Assembly (NCBI GenBank): GCA_000934665.2
Contig: KZ538035.1
Coordinates: forward strand, 62,001-126,000
Origin: Catajapyx aquilonaris
Taxonomy: Eukaryota
Length of the DNA: 64,000 nt
Direction: 5' to 3'
A program made the translations under genes and the position numbers. Within the stretch, counting starts at the first letter, position 1. Each line of letters opens with the position of its first letter. This document shows positions 28,201 to 40,331 of this stretch, in pieces. The notes beneath the pieces were generated by a model that was not told where the DNA came from, searched no databases, and worked only from the letters and a program-made list of their open reading frames with translations.

Positions 28201-31200
28201 AGGACTCACTTTTGAAAGTGCGTCTGGTATGCCTGTGTAGGAATGGCTAGCACTCGGTCGTACAGAGCGGTGACCCTCTGGCGTCTCCCGCAGTCACTCT
28301 CCCACTTGATGTACAGCTCCCACAGCTTGTCAGACCTGTAGCCATGTACAGAATAAACAAAGGAAGAAGAAAAAAACCAATTAATCCCAAATGGCCTGTG
28401 TCCACGCATGCTCCATAAACGCACACAGAATATTCTTTGCATCCCCCCACTTTTTTACATTCTAATATTTCTTTGTGAAAATAAAGGGTGCTGAATCACG
28501 TGATACAAACCATCACTCGTGTTCTTTTACAAGTCGGAAGATTCCCTGTGTGTGAGCCGACCCTCTTTGAACTGCCCCCAGTGCCACACAAAATTGACAG
28601 ATGTCGCTGAAATTAACAACTTTTATATGATCATTGCCCAGGTGGCAATGAAGAGAAAAATGTGGTTACAGAATCGAATTTGATCTCATTGGAAACAATT
28701 GATACCAGTGAGGAGAGGAGGAGGGGGGAGGAGAAGAAGGGGGAGAGCCTTCCTCTTTCTCCCTCTCTAGTGAAAATGTCCGCTTCCTTCCAAATTCCAC
28801 TGGAATACCTTGGGGGCAAAGCAGAAGGAACAGGAAAGTAGGCAAGGATAAAGGGCAGAGAAATTGAGAAACGCATTTTCACCAATGGAATACTCACAAA
28901 AATAATCCCATATCTGGTTTTGTTCAGAGAAAAACATGGCCATAAGCCTGTGAATGCTGTCACTCACCTGAACTCCAAGCCGCAAGACTCGACGCTCCTC
29001 TCAAACTGCTTGCGCACAAAATCCTCACCATCCTCGTACGTAGCCTTGACGTAGTTCAGGTAATGGATCCACAGGTCAACGCTCAACGGGATGGCCTTCA
29101 AGCCGCGCTCAAATACCTGCAAAGGCGCCCCAAAAAAAATAATTTGAAATAAGAATTAATGGCACTAAGAAATGCTTTCCAGACATGTCCCTAAGACTCT
29201 AGGGTAATGATAATAATAAATGTACTTATAGACTAGTGTATGTTATAGTAGTATATATTGTTTTGGGCCCAAGAGAATGTTACTTGCATCACCTTGGCAG
29301 CCAACTCCTCACACCCCAACACCGCTGGAAGACCTCCACAATGTGTGTTCTCTTGCTGGAGTCTCACACAACTTCTGAGGTTGGGCACAAATTATCTCAG
29401 GGGCTCAGCTGGAGGACAATAGCCATCATATTAAGAATTCCATCCCACTATTTCTTTTTTTTACTACGATTTTTTTTTTCTTCGTCCATAAACCCCAAAC
29501 CCAATTTCAACACAGGCACACCCACAACTCTGGAAAAAAATTGCAGGTCTCCCACACTCATGACCATCTGCAAAAGCACAACACCCAAATTCTGTTTTGG
29601 CATGCACCCCAACGCTACTCGCTTGATTAGCTTGGAGTGTTACAACAGGTGAGAACTGTTGTCACAGCCATAACTTACGACAGCTATATTCATACCTAAA
29701 ATGGGCTACAAACCTGGATGCTTACTTTTAACTAATAAAATTAGGTTTTCTAGCAAAACTGTCCATGGATATTTCAGATCATTACTTACTAGTGCCTTAC
29801 CCACTAACAGTAACTGCTAAAAATTCAGTCATCTATGTAAAGACACATGCAGAAATCAAATGGCTTACGCCTAACAGAATCTGACAAAAATCCACAGACA
29901 TATTGCTTAGATCACCTGACACCAGCTGACAAACTTGTCCACACATTGTGCACTAGTTCCGCCAGAAATGACATGTGCCACTTGATCATTATCCATAGGC
30001 TAAAAATATATCTACAACTTAATATCTACAACCTACCTACAAGCACCACTCCACTGCACTTGTAAGAAAATCACATTATTATTGCCATTCACTTAATGTC
30101 AAATACAGGCACACTGGCAACAGCCTTCACCTGCTGATATACATCCCACTGCCAATTTCTTTCCCACAGTACAAGATATATGCTCTTTGCAGACTTTCAG
30201 AGATGCAGGAGTCCTACAGAAACATCGATCCCAGGTAATAGGTAACTCAAATTCTTACAACCTAGAACAACCGAAGTCACTGTGGCAGCACCAGAGCTAC
30301 CACCATCGGTTTTAAACAGCCTAGGTGAATATAACTCACTTGTTCACAGCTCTCTGTAGTTCCCCGCTTCTTCTCATAGTCAGCGTACTTCTTCCAGTAG
30401 CCATAGCAGTATGGGTAGCGCGAGAGGAAAGAGTCAAAGGCCTCCCGGGCTGCCTCCAAGTCATCCTGAAAGTTCAGAAACAGCAAAGCATAAAATAACA
30501 AGTTACAGTGATATAGTACTGAATTTGCTACACAATATGCAAATGAGGCTAACCTCCTGGTCGACATACTGCAGAAGGTAGGTCCACCCAGTGAAATCAC
30601 TTGGGTCATCTTTCACAGTCTTCCAGTACTTGTCAAGCTCTGGAAGGGGGGTTTTGGTGGGCTTTGGAGGCGAGGCTTTTTCAGACGCTTCAGTTGCAGT
30701 TGTGGCATTGGCATCATTCACCTCAGCATACTGCGAGTCAGATGCCGATGCAGGGGTGGCAGAGAATGAAGTAGAGTCAGAATCAGATAATGTCGCCACT
30801 TTCTTAGAGGGCCGCTCCTCCATGGAATCATTCTCAGATGTTGGCGAGCTTGGATCATATGAGTCCACCTCACTATGCTTACGCTTTAAAGCATCAGAGG
30901 AAGAGTCATCCCGAGGGGGCGGAGGAGCCAAAAACACTGCCCCTTCCTCCTCCTCCTCCTTTTCCTCCCTCTCAGTTTCAATTTCCATGTCCACCTCCTC
31001 AATGCAAGACTCCTTTGCACAATCCTCCTCCTCTTCTATTGTGTGCTCAACTTCTGCTTCCTGAAAGACAACAGCAAACTTTGCGGAAACTTTTGGAAAG
31101 GAGAAGTACGTAACACGCTTGAAAATGCAATGAGAAATGGTTCCATCACATCTTGTTATGCATACAGTATAAGCAGAAGCTGAATCACAGTGGCACATGA

Positions 31201-34200
31201 TAAAATGGATTCCTAAATGCCCACTTTGCAAAAAAAAAAAAAGCTTCCATGTAGCAACCACAGTATATCCCTTTGAACCACAACACATGACAACTACTGA
31301 CAGTGAGTGACAAAGTTCCCTCTCCCAAATTAATGAATTACCAAAAATCCTTCTTGAAGGTGCTACATGGACTTGCCATAAATGATTCCTTGGTCAAATC
31401 AGTCCACAGTCATTTGATTGTCATATTCCTAATTGGCATTTCCTTAGCCTTCTCGTACACTGGGGCCATTTGTACAGTGCTGAGGAAACTGGATCCATTC
31501 TACACCAGATCCAACGTCTGATTTCTAAGTTCAGTGTTCCCAATCCCGACCAACCCAGACATCTGAATGTCTCCTTATTGGAATTTTGTGGACACTAAAT
31601 AAAATTAACCCAACAGTTTTCACCTCCTGGTTGGGAACACTATAGCTCAGGCCCTTGCGCTGTTTTGAACCAGTTCAGAACCAGTCCTGAGACCCCTATT
31701 GTTGATTTCCTGCCTGTTTCCCCTACTGTTGCCAAACAGAATGGGCTGATTGCATCATTCCAAGATGGTCAAACTTGAGATTCAAAACTTGTCAAAATAA
31801 GTCTTTCATTGGCTACCATTCCCTACCTGTCACAGGATATCCCATGCATGCATCAGGTGTTATGTTATGGAACGCTCATTTGCCAGGTAATTGCAAATTG
31901 TCCTTGCACATTATGGAATTCAACAACAGAACTTGCCATTCAGATCACAAAAATCAGCGCCCAGTATAATAAAATGTTTATCCTCCTGAGACCCGGCGTT
32001 CAGTATACTGGACATCTGGAGAAGTTTTTTTGGCGCCAACTAGTGATGCCAACAGAACTGTAATCTGTTGGTATCCCATGATTACAATCTGGCCTCAATA
32101 GCTGTAGCCACCTAGTGTCGAATATCTGACTTGGGCCGCGAAAATTAAATCGCGGAAAAAAATGGCGGATGCCGCTGCTGAAGCAAGGCGCTCATCTGAT
32201 AAGTTTCATTTTTTTCCTCATATTTAGAGTGCGATTTTCGTCAATGTAGGGAATGTCCTGGGATTCGCAAGGAATGTGCATTAGGAAATACGAAAAAAAT
32301 TGTCTGTGACCATCTTTGTTGCTGTAGAGATCTGGTAATTTTCTTTTCTTCCTGAGACAAAATGTCCATTTGAATGGACATCCTATTTTTATTTTTTTTA
32401 GCTGAATGGGTGTGACTTTTCTTTAAGTGCCTGTACCTATACACCCACAAGGAAGTGCGCTTTTCACTATGCAGTTCAGTTTCAAAATCTAGAATAGCAA
32501 GGTACCACTTTAGCGGGTAAGAAGGGAAGGAGCAAGCCCCATGCCTGGAGTGGTGGCGTTAAAAAATAATTTCATTTATCTTTAATTGTCCTAAGAGGAA
32601 TTGCTACCATGAATTCCACAAATGAATTTAAAAAACATTGTTTGGAGGATAGAGCACTATGTGAGTGATCCATTAAGGGGTATTTCAATTTTCAGCTTTC
32701 ATCCGTTCTGCTGCTGTAGCAGCAAATGAATGCCAATGTTCTCATTGGTTGTTTGTCACCATTTTTGTTGATATTTTAAAACTTTTTTTTTTTTCTCGTT
32801 TCTTATTGGGAAAATGTTCAGAAAATGCAATAGGAACTGATATTGCGTTACTCAATTCTTCTCGGGTCTCAGGAGGTTATACAGTATTTCCAAATTTGCA
32901 CATCTGCTAGACTTTCAAAAGACATGGGGTGGAATTTTCATCCCACTGATAGTCACTGCTAACTTAGCAGTACCAGTGTTGGCAATGGTACTGATAAGTT
33001 AGCAGTGACTATCTATCAGTGAGACGAAAATTCCACCCATGACCTTTTGCCATATCCTCAACATTTTCACCACCACCAGAATGTACCCATCACCAGGGCT
33101 GACAAATCCCACCCTATCAACCTCATTCATCTCCTGCATTCAATCAATCATTGAAATCATTGAAAATGGACTGCTCAAAACCAGCTCAAAGCTCAAGGCT
33201 AAAGTCTAGTAACCAAGTAGTGCACTTGGTGCAGATCAGGTCATTTCTTCAGTGATGTATGAATGGATCTCTAGTATTATAGTCATAAGTTGACACACAA
33301 CTTTTGAAGTATTAACTTGATAGGGGATAACCATACCACAGAAGTAGAGGTGGGCAACTCAGATGGCTCAGAAGACAGTTCACTTGTTACTTCAGCTGGC
33401 TCAGAAGACAGTTCACTTGTCACTTCAGCTGGCTCAACTGAATTCTGCACTGGTGATGTAGCAGCAGCAGCCGCCTCCTCCTCCTCCTCCTCCTCCTCTT
33501 CCTCCATTGGCACTAGAGTTGGCTCCACTTCTGGCTCAGACAGTCTCTCATCTGATGTACCATTGGCACGTTCTTCTTCTGGTAAATTTAAAATGTAATA
33601 ACTTCAGTCCCGACAGATATTGTACTGTATACGAGTGGGGCTTGTAATTTGACACTTCAAAATCAAGCACAAGGCAACAAAAGCAAAAAATTTATTTCCT
33701 TGCCAGATCAAGCCAGGGAATAAATTATCTGCCCTAGGCAACTGCAACTGTAACAGGATATGCAGCCAAGGTCTGAGATTCCTTTGGAATATTATCCATT
33801 AGCCCTGCCAGGGTATTCATGTAAGTAAGAAGTTACTTGAAGTACGGGCCAAGAGATACAAGAAAACTGAACAAAACATGCATGTTCTGCTCCTTGTTGG
33901 GCCACGCAAGATGCCTTTACTTGTCAATCAGAATGCTCCTCGAGTTCTCCACTTTCCTCCCCGCACTATGTGCCAGCCTCTTATGTAACAACGTCAGGAG
34001 TACTTCTGAGATTTGCACAAACCTCATTAATGACATTTTCACTGATCATATGCTTGCTCACCTGCTGAGCTGTCTGCCTGTTCCACCACAGTCTGCTCTT
34101 CCTCCTCCTCCTCCTCCTCCTCCAATGCTGCAGCTGCAGCTGCCGCCGCTGCTGCTGCTGCTGCTGCCGCCGCCGCAGCAGCTGCCTTTCCCCTGGGGCT

Positions 34201-34242
34201 AGCTCGCTTGCGACCACGTCGCGAGCCCTTTGCTGGAGCCAT
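25231..34242 (-). CDS. PRPF39: Pre-mRNA-processing factor 39 (U1 snRNP-associated HAT-repeat protein), ~1022 aa, 11 coding exons
   Basis: Exons (minus, all GT-AG, phases consistent): 34242-34062, 33578-33337, 31060-30554, 30465-30340, 29116-28968, 28335-28210, 27595-27307, 27051-26926, 26851-26687, 26460-25754, 25681-25231 (3069 nt including stop). PRP39 motifs: [96 protein letters not shown], and a Q/Y/G-rich C-terminus. Confidence 0.95.
32923..33041. repeat. ~120-bp palindromic (MITE-like) element in a PRP39 intron
   Basis: CATGGGGTGGAATTTTCATCCCACTGATAGTCACTGCTAACTTAGCAGTACCA pairs with TGGTACTGATAAGTTAGCAGTGACTATC..GAAAATTCCACCCATG; a partial copy lies at 44186-44215. Confidence 0.8.
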
Positions 34243-34506
34243 TTCTTAACTGGATGAAGCTTTTTTCAAGGACCAAGTTCTAAAATTGATCACGAAGAAT
34301 AATATATTACTAGGCAGCACAAAAAAAGACACGACAGCCAATGGCAATTACCCATAAAACAATTACGCCTATACATATCTGCAGTCACACATACTTGCAC
34401 CAATAGTCCCTCTTGAGCTGACAATCCAAGGAGTGCTAGCACTGCTGACATGAAAGAGCAGGAAATATTGGCGCAGCTCATAAGTCTGGCAACTTCAATG
34501 TAATAC

Positions 34507-35213
34507 CAGGGAGCATATACTACATAAGAGGCGCAAACTTCTGTCGCCGCCTTTGATGTTCGCGTCTCTCTGTTTGGGGCCGTTGCCAAGGCTGGCGGCC
34601 ATTTTGAAGTGTGGGCAACGCCAACGAGGTATAAATAGGGTACAGGCAAAAATAGGGTCCGCCATCTTTGATGGTTTTGGTGACCATGGCAACCACGGTC
34701 ATATAAGTAAGGTCTGGTCACTCCCACCCACCCCCTGCCGACGTGTTTTGCAGAAGTTGCTCACCTGAGAGCGCCATGAGACATATCGGAGGCCAGGATA
34801 AGTGGCGACCCTACCGGACTAAGGCTGAACTTTATAGGTACGAAAGGGGAGGGCTACATTGGGGGGCCCAACATGGCCGCTGCCCTTTCGTACCTATAAA
34901 GTTCAGCCTAGTCCGGTAGGGTCGCCACTTATCCTGGCCTCCGAAATCTCATGGCGGTCTCAGGGGAGCACCCACTGCAAAATGCCTCGGCAGGTGATAA
35001 CGCCAGAACGTAGTATAAGTGTCCGGGGGCTGATGGCAACTACACGTCAAGAACACGCGCGAATCAAAGATGGCGGGCCATGTTTTTGCCTGTACCATAT
35101 TTATACCTCGTTGGCATTGCCCACACCTCAAAATGGCCGCCAGCCTTGGCAACGCTCCAAACAGAGACGCGGAAATCGAATGTTTGCGCCTCTTATGTAG
35201 TATATGCTCCCTG
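34507..35213. mobile_element. Non-autonomous foldback DNA transposon, P-superfamily/Galileo-like
   Basis: Termini CAGGGAGCATATACTACATAAGAGGCGCAAAC and its perfect reverse complement; 7-bp TSD GTAATAC at 34500-34506 and 35214-35220. Outer arms are ~34507-34672/35063-35213 and inner arms ~34746-34848/34883-34983. Confidence 0.85.
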
Positions 35214-35399
35214 GTAATACACTCTAATTTTCCAAGTTCCTAAATCATTCCTTGTCAAGTGTGCTATTTACAGTGGGCAGAACAGAAGGGATGTGGTGGG
35301 TACACAGGAAACTATTTTAAAAGTAACTCTCGTGCATTGGTATCTGAAGGTAAAAGGTTTTTGCTGAAGCCATTTTCACAGGTTAGAACATTTTGGATG

Positions 35400-35855
35400 T
35401 AAATGGTCAGGAACCACCAGACTTGCGTCCACCCTCAAGGACAGCTAGCGTCAGACCATCGCCTAGAGACAATCGTCAACTAGCACCTCTGGGTGAGATG
35501 CCGTCTTCCATGGTGACTGCTGTTTACATAGCCCATCGAACACACCATTTCATGCTGGACAGTTTACATTGTTTTCGCGTAGTTTTAATATGAATTTTTG
35601 TACATGTGTACATTGCGCGATTGTTTTATGTCTGTATGTATATACATTGCGCGATTGTTTTATGTCTGTATGTATGTATATACATATCATCATTTTCATT
35701 ATCATCCTATCCATTCTATCCTCTGTCTGGCCCGACCAGTCACCAGAGGATTCATTAAACTGGTCATACGAGATGGCCAGGTGGATTGTTCCTGGTCATC
35801 GCTGGTAACCCCATCTTGGGAATATGCCATGAGTGTAATGAAAAATGAATGAAAA
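35400..35855 (+). mobile_element. Probable LINE/SINE 3' end with stem-loops and (AATG)n tail
   Basis: Hairpins GACCAGT..ACTGGTC and GATGGCCAGG..CCTGGTCATC followed by AATGAAAAATGAATGAA; internal tandem duplication of TACATTGCGCGATTGTTTTATGTCTGTATGTA at ~35609-35674. Confidence 0.4.
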
Positions 35856-36499
35856 AGAACATTTTGGTCTGATTGACTGTTGCAGTGCAATTGGCATAGT
35901 TGGCATATTAAACATATGGTGGCTGGAGTCTCACTCTTGTGGATTCTGCAAACCTTTTTTTCTTCTTCTTTTGTGGTGAGCACAAACAACATGCGAAAAT
36001 GGGAATAATTTATGTGGAAGACTGGCAAAGCATTTGGCAACCACAAAAAAATAGATAATCTTTACTTTAATCATATTTGGTAGGCTACATCTTGAATTAG
36101 CAAGAACAGTATAGAGCTTATTAAGTACCGTATGTTGAATAATTCAGCCAAATAGGTACAGTATTTCTAAAATAAAATTTTGGAAAATTCCAAATTTGGA
36201 GACTTTCAATGCCATATATTTGCACAGTCCAATGATATCAGCGGATCAACACATGGGTTAAATTTGTAATCTGATGAAGAATGATAAATCTTGGCTCCCT
36301 GCCTTGCGCTCAGTGCACCCTCAACTGGTTACTGTCCCTAAAATCTTTCCTCAGGCCCTTATTTTCATCTTCAGCTTTTCTAAATTCCCCGTGCACGTGA
36401 GCTCATTGGTGCAATTTATTCTCATTGCCAGCTCCACAGACCTCTACTTCACCGCCAACCCCCAACACAACTTGGCGACCTGAATTGATGTTGTCGCCC

Positions 36500-37050
36500 T
36501 AGGGCCAGCAACTACCAATGTTTCGGGTGGAGTGCGAATGCATTGATTTCATGCCTGTGCTTTGGCGACTGGTGCAGTGGGTGACGTAACGAGAGTGAGA
36601 GGCTTTCCCCCCTGCCTCTGCTCTCTCTACCTGGGGGTCTAGAGACGCAATGATAATTCTGACAGATGGTATGGGAGTGCTGTACCTCTGGGGTCTGAGG
36701 GAGAGGCCTGGGGTTGGGCTTCCTTTCCCTGGGAGGGTGGTTGCGCCGCGGATGAATCGATCTCGACCCAATCTGGCCCCGATTCCGAAGGATTCGTCTC
36801 TCTCGTCCTCCCCAAGCCAAAGATACGCAATCGAAGGAAGGCCGCGATGCAGGCCAGGCAACGACCACAACAAGAAAAAAACGGGGAGGAAAAAAAAAGA
36901 ACTGTAAAAAATGACAAACGCCGGGCGCACGTCACGTCGCGTTTAAAAAGTCGCTGCTACTCCTTTGGTCGCGGTTAACGCACATCACGTTATCAGGTCA
37001 AGACGTGAAACTGCTATTACGAAGGAGTTTACGCCGTAATCACAAGTCCA
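36500..37050 (-). promoter_or_regulatory. Probable CpG-rich promoter or non-coding first exon region of PRP39
   Basis: GC- and CpG-rich island upstream of PRP39. The ATG exon has a splice acceptor (tttag at 34280-34281), so an upstream UTR exon is required. CRE-like TGACGT motifs lie near 36582 and 36930-36937. The TSS is not located. Confidence 0.45.
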
Positions 37051-38596
37051 AAGAAACTATTCATTGAAACCTCAATGTGAGTTAAGAGTGTCGTAGTCTT
37101 AGTGCTTTTTAGCTCCTTCAGTCAAACAAAAACTGATTCATACAGGTATCGTCGACTACGTAGTCCTGCAATGAAAAAGTGCATGCGTGATTGCGTGTTT
37201 ATATTTCCCAAACAAGGACAAAATGTACCCCGTACGTTTTAGTTCGCCAACCTCACAACTCTTAGCATTGAATACAAGATATTGAAACAGTAGGTCACCG
37301 CCACGACACGCAAGTTAGATTTCAACAAAAATCGAGGAGGACAAACTAGAAAGTGTCTCCGTGGGATTGTCAGAAACCGGTACTTCAGGGGTTAGGAGAC
37401 AATCAAGACATGCACAAAATTACCGGTATGCCTATAACACTGAATGTCCTGATTTTTTGTATGCTGGTTTTTTTCTTCTTAATAAGTAGGCTACATTTTT
37501 AGTAACAGATAAGCAAATGCCTATATGAGCGCACGCAAATAATCCACAGTCTACAGTAGGGCCATACACAGAAAGTGATCGAAAAATGTAGTCCCCTCTT
37601 CGATTTTTTAAGCAATAAAATATTGTGCCAAAATTTGAAACCCTGCTATATCATCTGAAAACTTTCCATTGAGCGTGTCATAATTGATGAGTCTTCCATG
37701 CTGTACTTGCATTTTTTCATCGAGCATTACGCATCTAACAAATAGGCCCTACACAACAAAAACGTACCTGCACTTTGAGTTACCGGGGTTCTAGTAGCCT
37801 ACTTCTAGAGTTTTAGACCATCATTTTAAGTTGGGCCGTAAGTGGGTCTCGGCAGACTGACTACCTAGATAATGGACTTCAAACACAAGGTATGAAAATA
37901 TCCTGGCGGCTATGCATCCCTCCGCTCGAGGTCGCGACCTTACATTATTCATTTCTATTTGTGGTGTTATCGATGCAATTTACGATGGAGAAAAGATGAC
38001 ACTGGAAGATTGACGTAGTGGGTGTTAAATTATAAATATACGGCATTAAAGAGTGACACAAGACAAATACACCATTACATATTTTACAGCTACATACGTA
38101 TATTCGTAACCTCAGGCATCATTGCTGCAGATTTGCCCTGAGATAATTATCTCGTATGAATGCATCGCATGTACCAAACGTGCAACTTGACGTGTTGCCA
38201 TATCAGTTTACAGGCACAGCACTGTTATGTTCACATAACCGAGCTCATGCATGCGTGCATTTTTCACCATGTTACCGTATTTTAATTTCCCCGAGCGCTA
38301 ATTTCCGGCACACTCTATATTCATCAGGGATTTCCCTCAATTCTTAAAAACACCGAGAGCGAAGAGAGAGAAAAAAAGGGTCAGCCTCTTCCGTAATGCA
38401 TGACGGAGACAGAAATGTAACATCGGAGTGAACTCGAGAGGAAACGCAGTGAAAAGAGCCCCATTTGTGTCACGGAGTTACGCATCGTCGAGTGTCCAGA
38501 GCCAGAGGACAGCAGCTTTCCTAAAAGAATAAAACACCGTTGCATCTGTATAATGCAGTCGTGGGTACAGTACGGTGCACCTACGCCCCCAGCAGG

Positions 38597-38633
38597 TATA
38601 AAACGATCCTTCGCCCAAACCAAGAGCACAGTT
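38597..38633 (+). promoter_or_regulatory. TATA box and Inr-like core promoter of the cuticle-like gene
   Basis: TATAAAA at 38597-38603; ACAGTT (arthropod Inr-like) ~30 nt downstream; ATG at 38670 in an AAAAATG context. Confidence 0.7.
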
Positions 38634-38669
38634 CTTCAGGCAACCTCACCAGAACCACAGCTTCCAAAA

Positions 38670-39428
38670 ATGGGTGCAATGGTACCGTACCTTGGATATT
38701 GGTATGGTAATTATTGTGAGTTAACGGCATTCTCTTTTCAGTATTTGTTGGCGCTCTCTGTTTTAACACTGGTGTGTGTGTGCCAAGCTGGTGATGATGA
38801 CAACTTCCAGTATGAGCATGGCTTCTACATAATGCACAAGGATGAAGGTGGTCACAAGGATGGGTTCAAGAAGAGGGAGGGTTATGGATATGCCAAGGTG
38901 TCAGGGGAGCACCAGGGACACCACGAGTACACCTTCGGTCATCAAGTCAAGGAAGAATCATACGTAAGTTCAGATGTGAATGGCTGCATACATGTATTAT
39001 GACCCGATATGCATGATGCGTGTCCACAGGGCGGCGGAGGTCACGGTTCCGAAGAAGAGCACGATGCGAAGGAGCCCGAAGTTAAGACGATACCAGTGGT
39101 GGTCAAAGTGCCAGAGGTACACAAGATCCCCTACGTGGTGAATGTTCCCGACGTGAGGCACGTGCCGGTGGTGCACAAGGTCCCGGTGGTCCACAAAGTT
39201 CCAGTGGTTCACAAGATTCCATATGTGAGGAAGGTGCCGGTACACATCTACAAGAAGGTTCCGGTGTTCATCAAGGAGGGGCACCACGAAGGTGGCAGAC
39301 AGGACGGGGGTCATGGAGGAGCGGGCCAGCATGACGGGGGTCACAGTGGAGGTCAAGAGGGAGGCTATGAAGGAGGTCACCGCCGGAGACATTTGCGAGG
39401 GTATGGTTTCCGGCATGTGAAGCACTGA
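38670..39428 (+). CDS. Secreted low-complexity His/Gly-rich protein with VPVVHK repeats (cuticular protein-like, CPLCP-type), 210 aa
   Basis: Exons 38670-38681 (MGAM), 38742-38963 and 39030-39428, separated by 60- and 66-nt GT-AG introns in phase 0. Signal peptide MGAMYLLALSVLTLVCVCQA; PV/PY repeats; G/H/E-rich flanks; AATAAA at 39496. A tiny first coding exon is typical of insect cuticle genes. Confidence 0.8.
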
Positions 39429-39968
39429 TGAGTCTCTGACCTTCATGATAATTATGTATTGTTGACTTTACTTTTAGGAGAGCTGTGTTATTCGCAATAA
39501 AATAATTTTTGAATGTGCTTATTTGATGTTGCCTCATTTTATTATAGCAGGAAAAAACGAGGAAGGGTTGAGTAAGCTACTATTTGGCAATAAACTGCTT
39601 ATTTTAAAGCAGTAAAACTGTGAATAATTATTCACAGTTTGGATAAATGATCTAATGTGGCTATTTGTTTCATGGGGCCATCAATAGGAAATTCATTGTA
39701 ATAATCATAATGGCAATGAAGTTCCAATCGATAAGGGCCCCATGGAACAGTAGGTATCAAAGATCAATGACTGAACCAATTATTGCAGAACAGTGCCCTT
39801 TGGAGGCTCTAAAAGGGACGGGTCCATATCCACACAACATAACATTAGCAGCTCACACTTCAATAACCACTAAAAGTAAAACGACGTAAGAATAAATATG
39901 CTTAAAAACAAGCAGTTTAGTGCCAAAAAATAGATAACTGAAATGGACAATTCAATATTGAATCACCC

Positions 39969-40331
39969 GGGGAGGTGTGGTGGCCGTGATGGTAACATCA
40001 TGGCTTGCTGTGTGAAAGGCCCCAGGTTCGATCCCCGCCTGGGGAACTTTCCTTTCACCTGCGTCGGGAGGGTCTCTGACCTGCACCAAGGAGGTGTCTG
40101 GCAACCTAACCTCCTGGGGAACAGCACATGACCCGTTTTCAGACGTGCACCTTGCACCCATGTTCCCTCCCCAAAAATCCCCTATCCCTTCCCCATGTCC
40201 TTTCATCCTTGCACCAGAGTGAAGAAGAAAAAATAGAAAATTGAAGAAAATGGTGGTATCCCACCCCCCTATAAGGACCCATGGCCCTAGCACGGGGTAA
40301 CGTAAAAAAATAAAATAAATAATAATAATAA
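39969..40331 (+). mobile_element. tRNA-derived SINE with A/AAT tail and 15-bp TSD
   Basis: A box TGGCCGTGATGG, B box GGTTCGATCCC; TSD AATATTGAATCACCC at 39954-39968 and 40332-40346. Confidence 0.9.

Noticed and set aside
31532..31642. hAT-like TIR pair CAGTGTTCCCAA / TTGGGAACACTA
   Set aside because: Only 12 bp long and no matching 8-bp TSD; possibly an old MITE but not supportable.
35734..35765. Hammerhead-like arrangement GACCAG-TC..CAGAGGA..TAAAC-TGGTC (also CTGATGA at 39425, 55919 and 13634-13640 minus)
   Set aside because: Core CUGANGA/GAAA nucleotides are mutated or helices I/II are missing; not a supportable ribozyme.
39969..40045. Possible tRNA genes (also ~24515, ~51735, ~54640-54710)
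   Set aside because: A and B boxes are present but the cloverleaf is broken, and each continues into a SINE body, in three cases with a tail and TSD.
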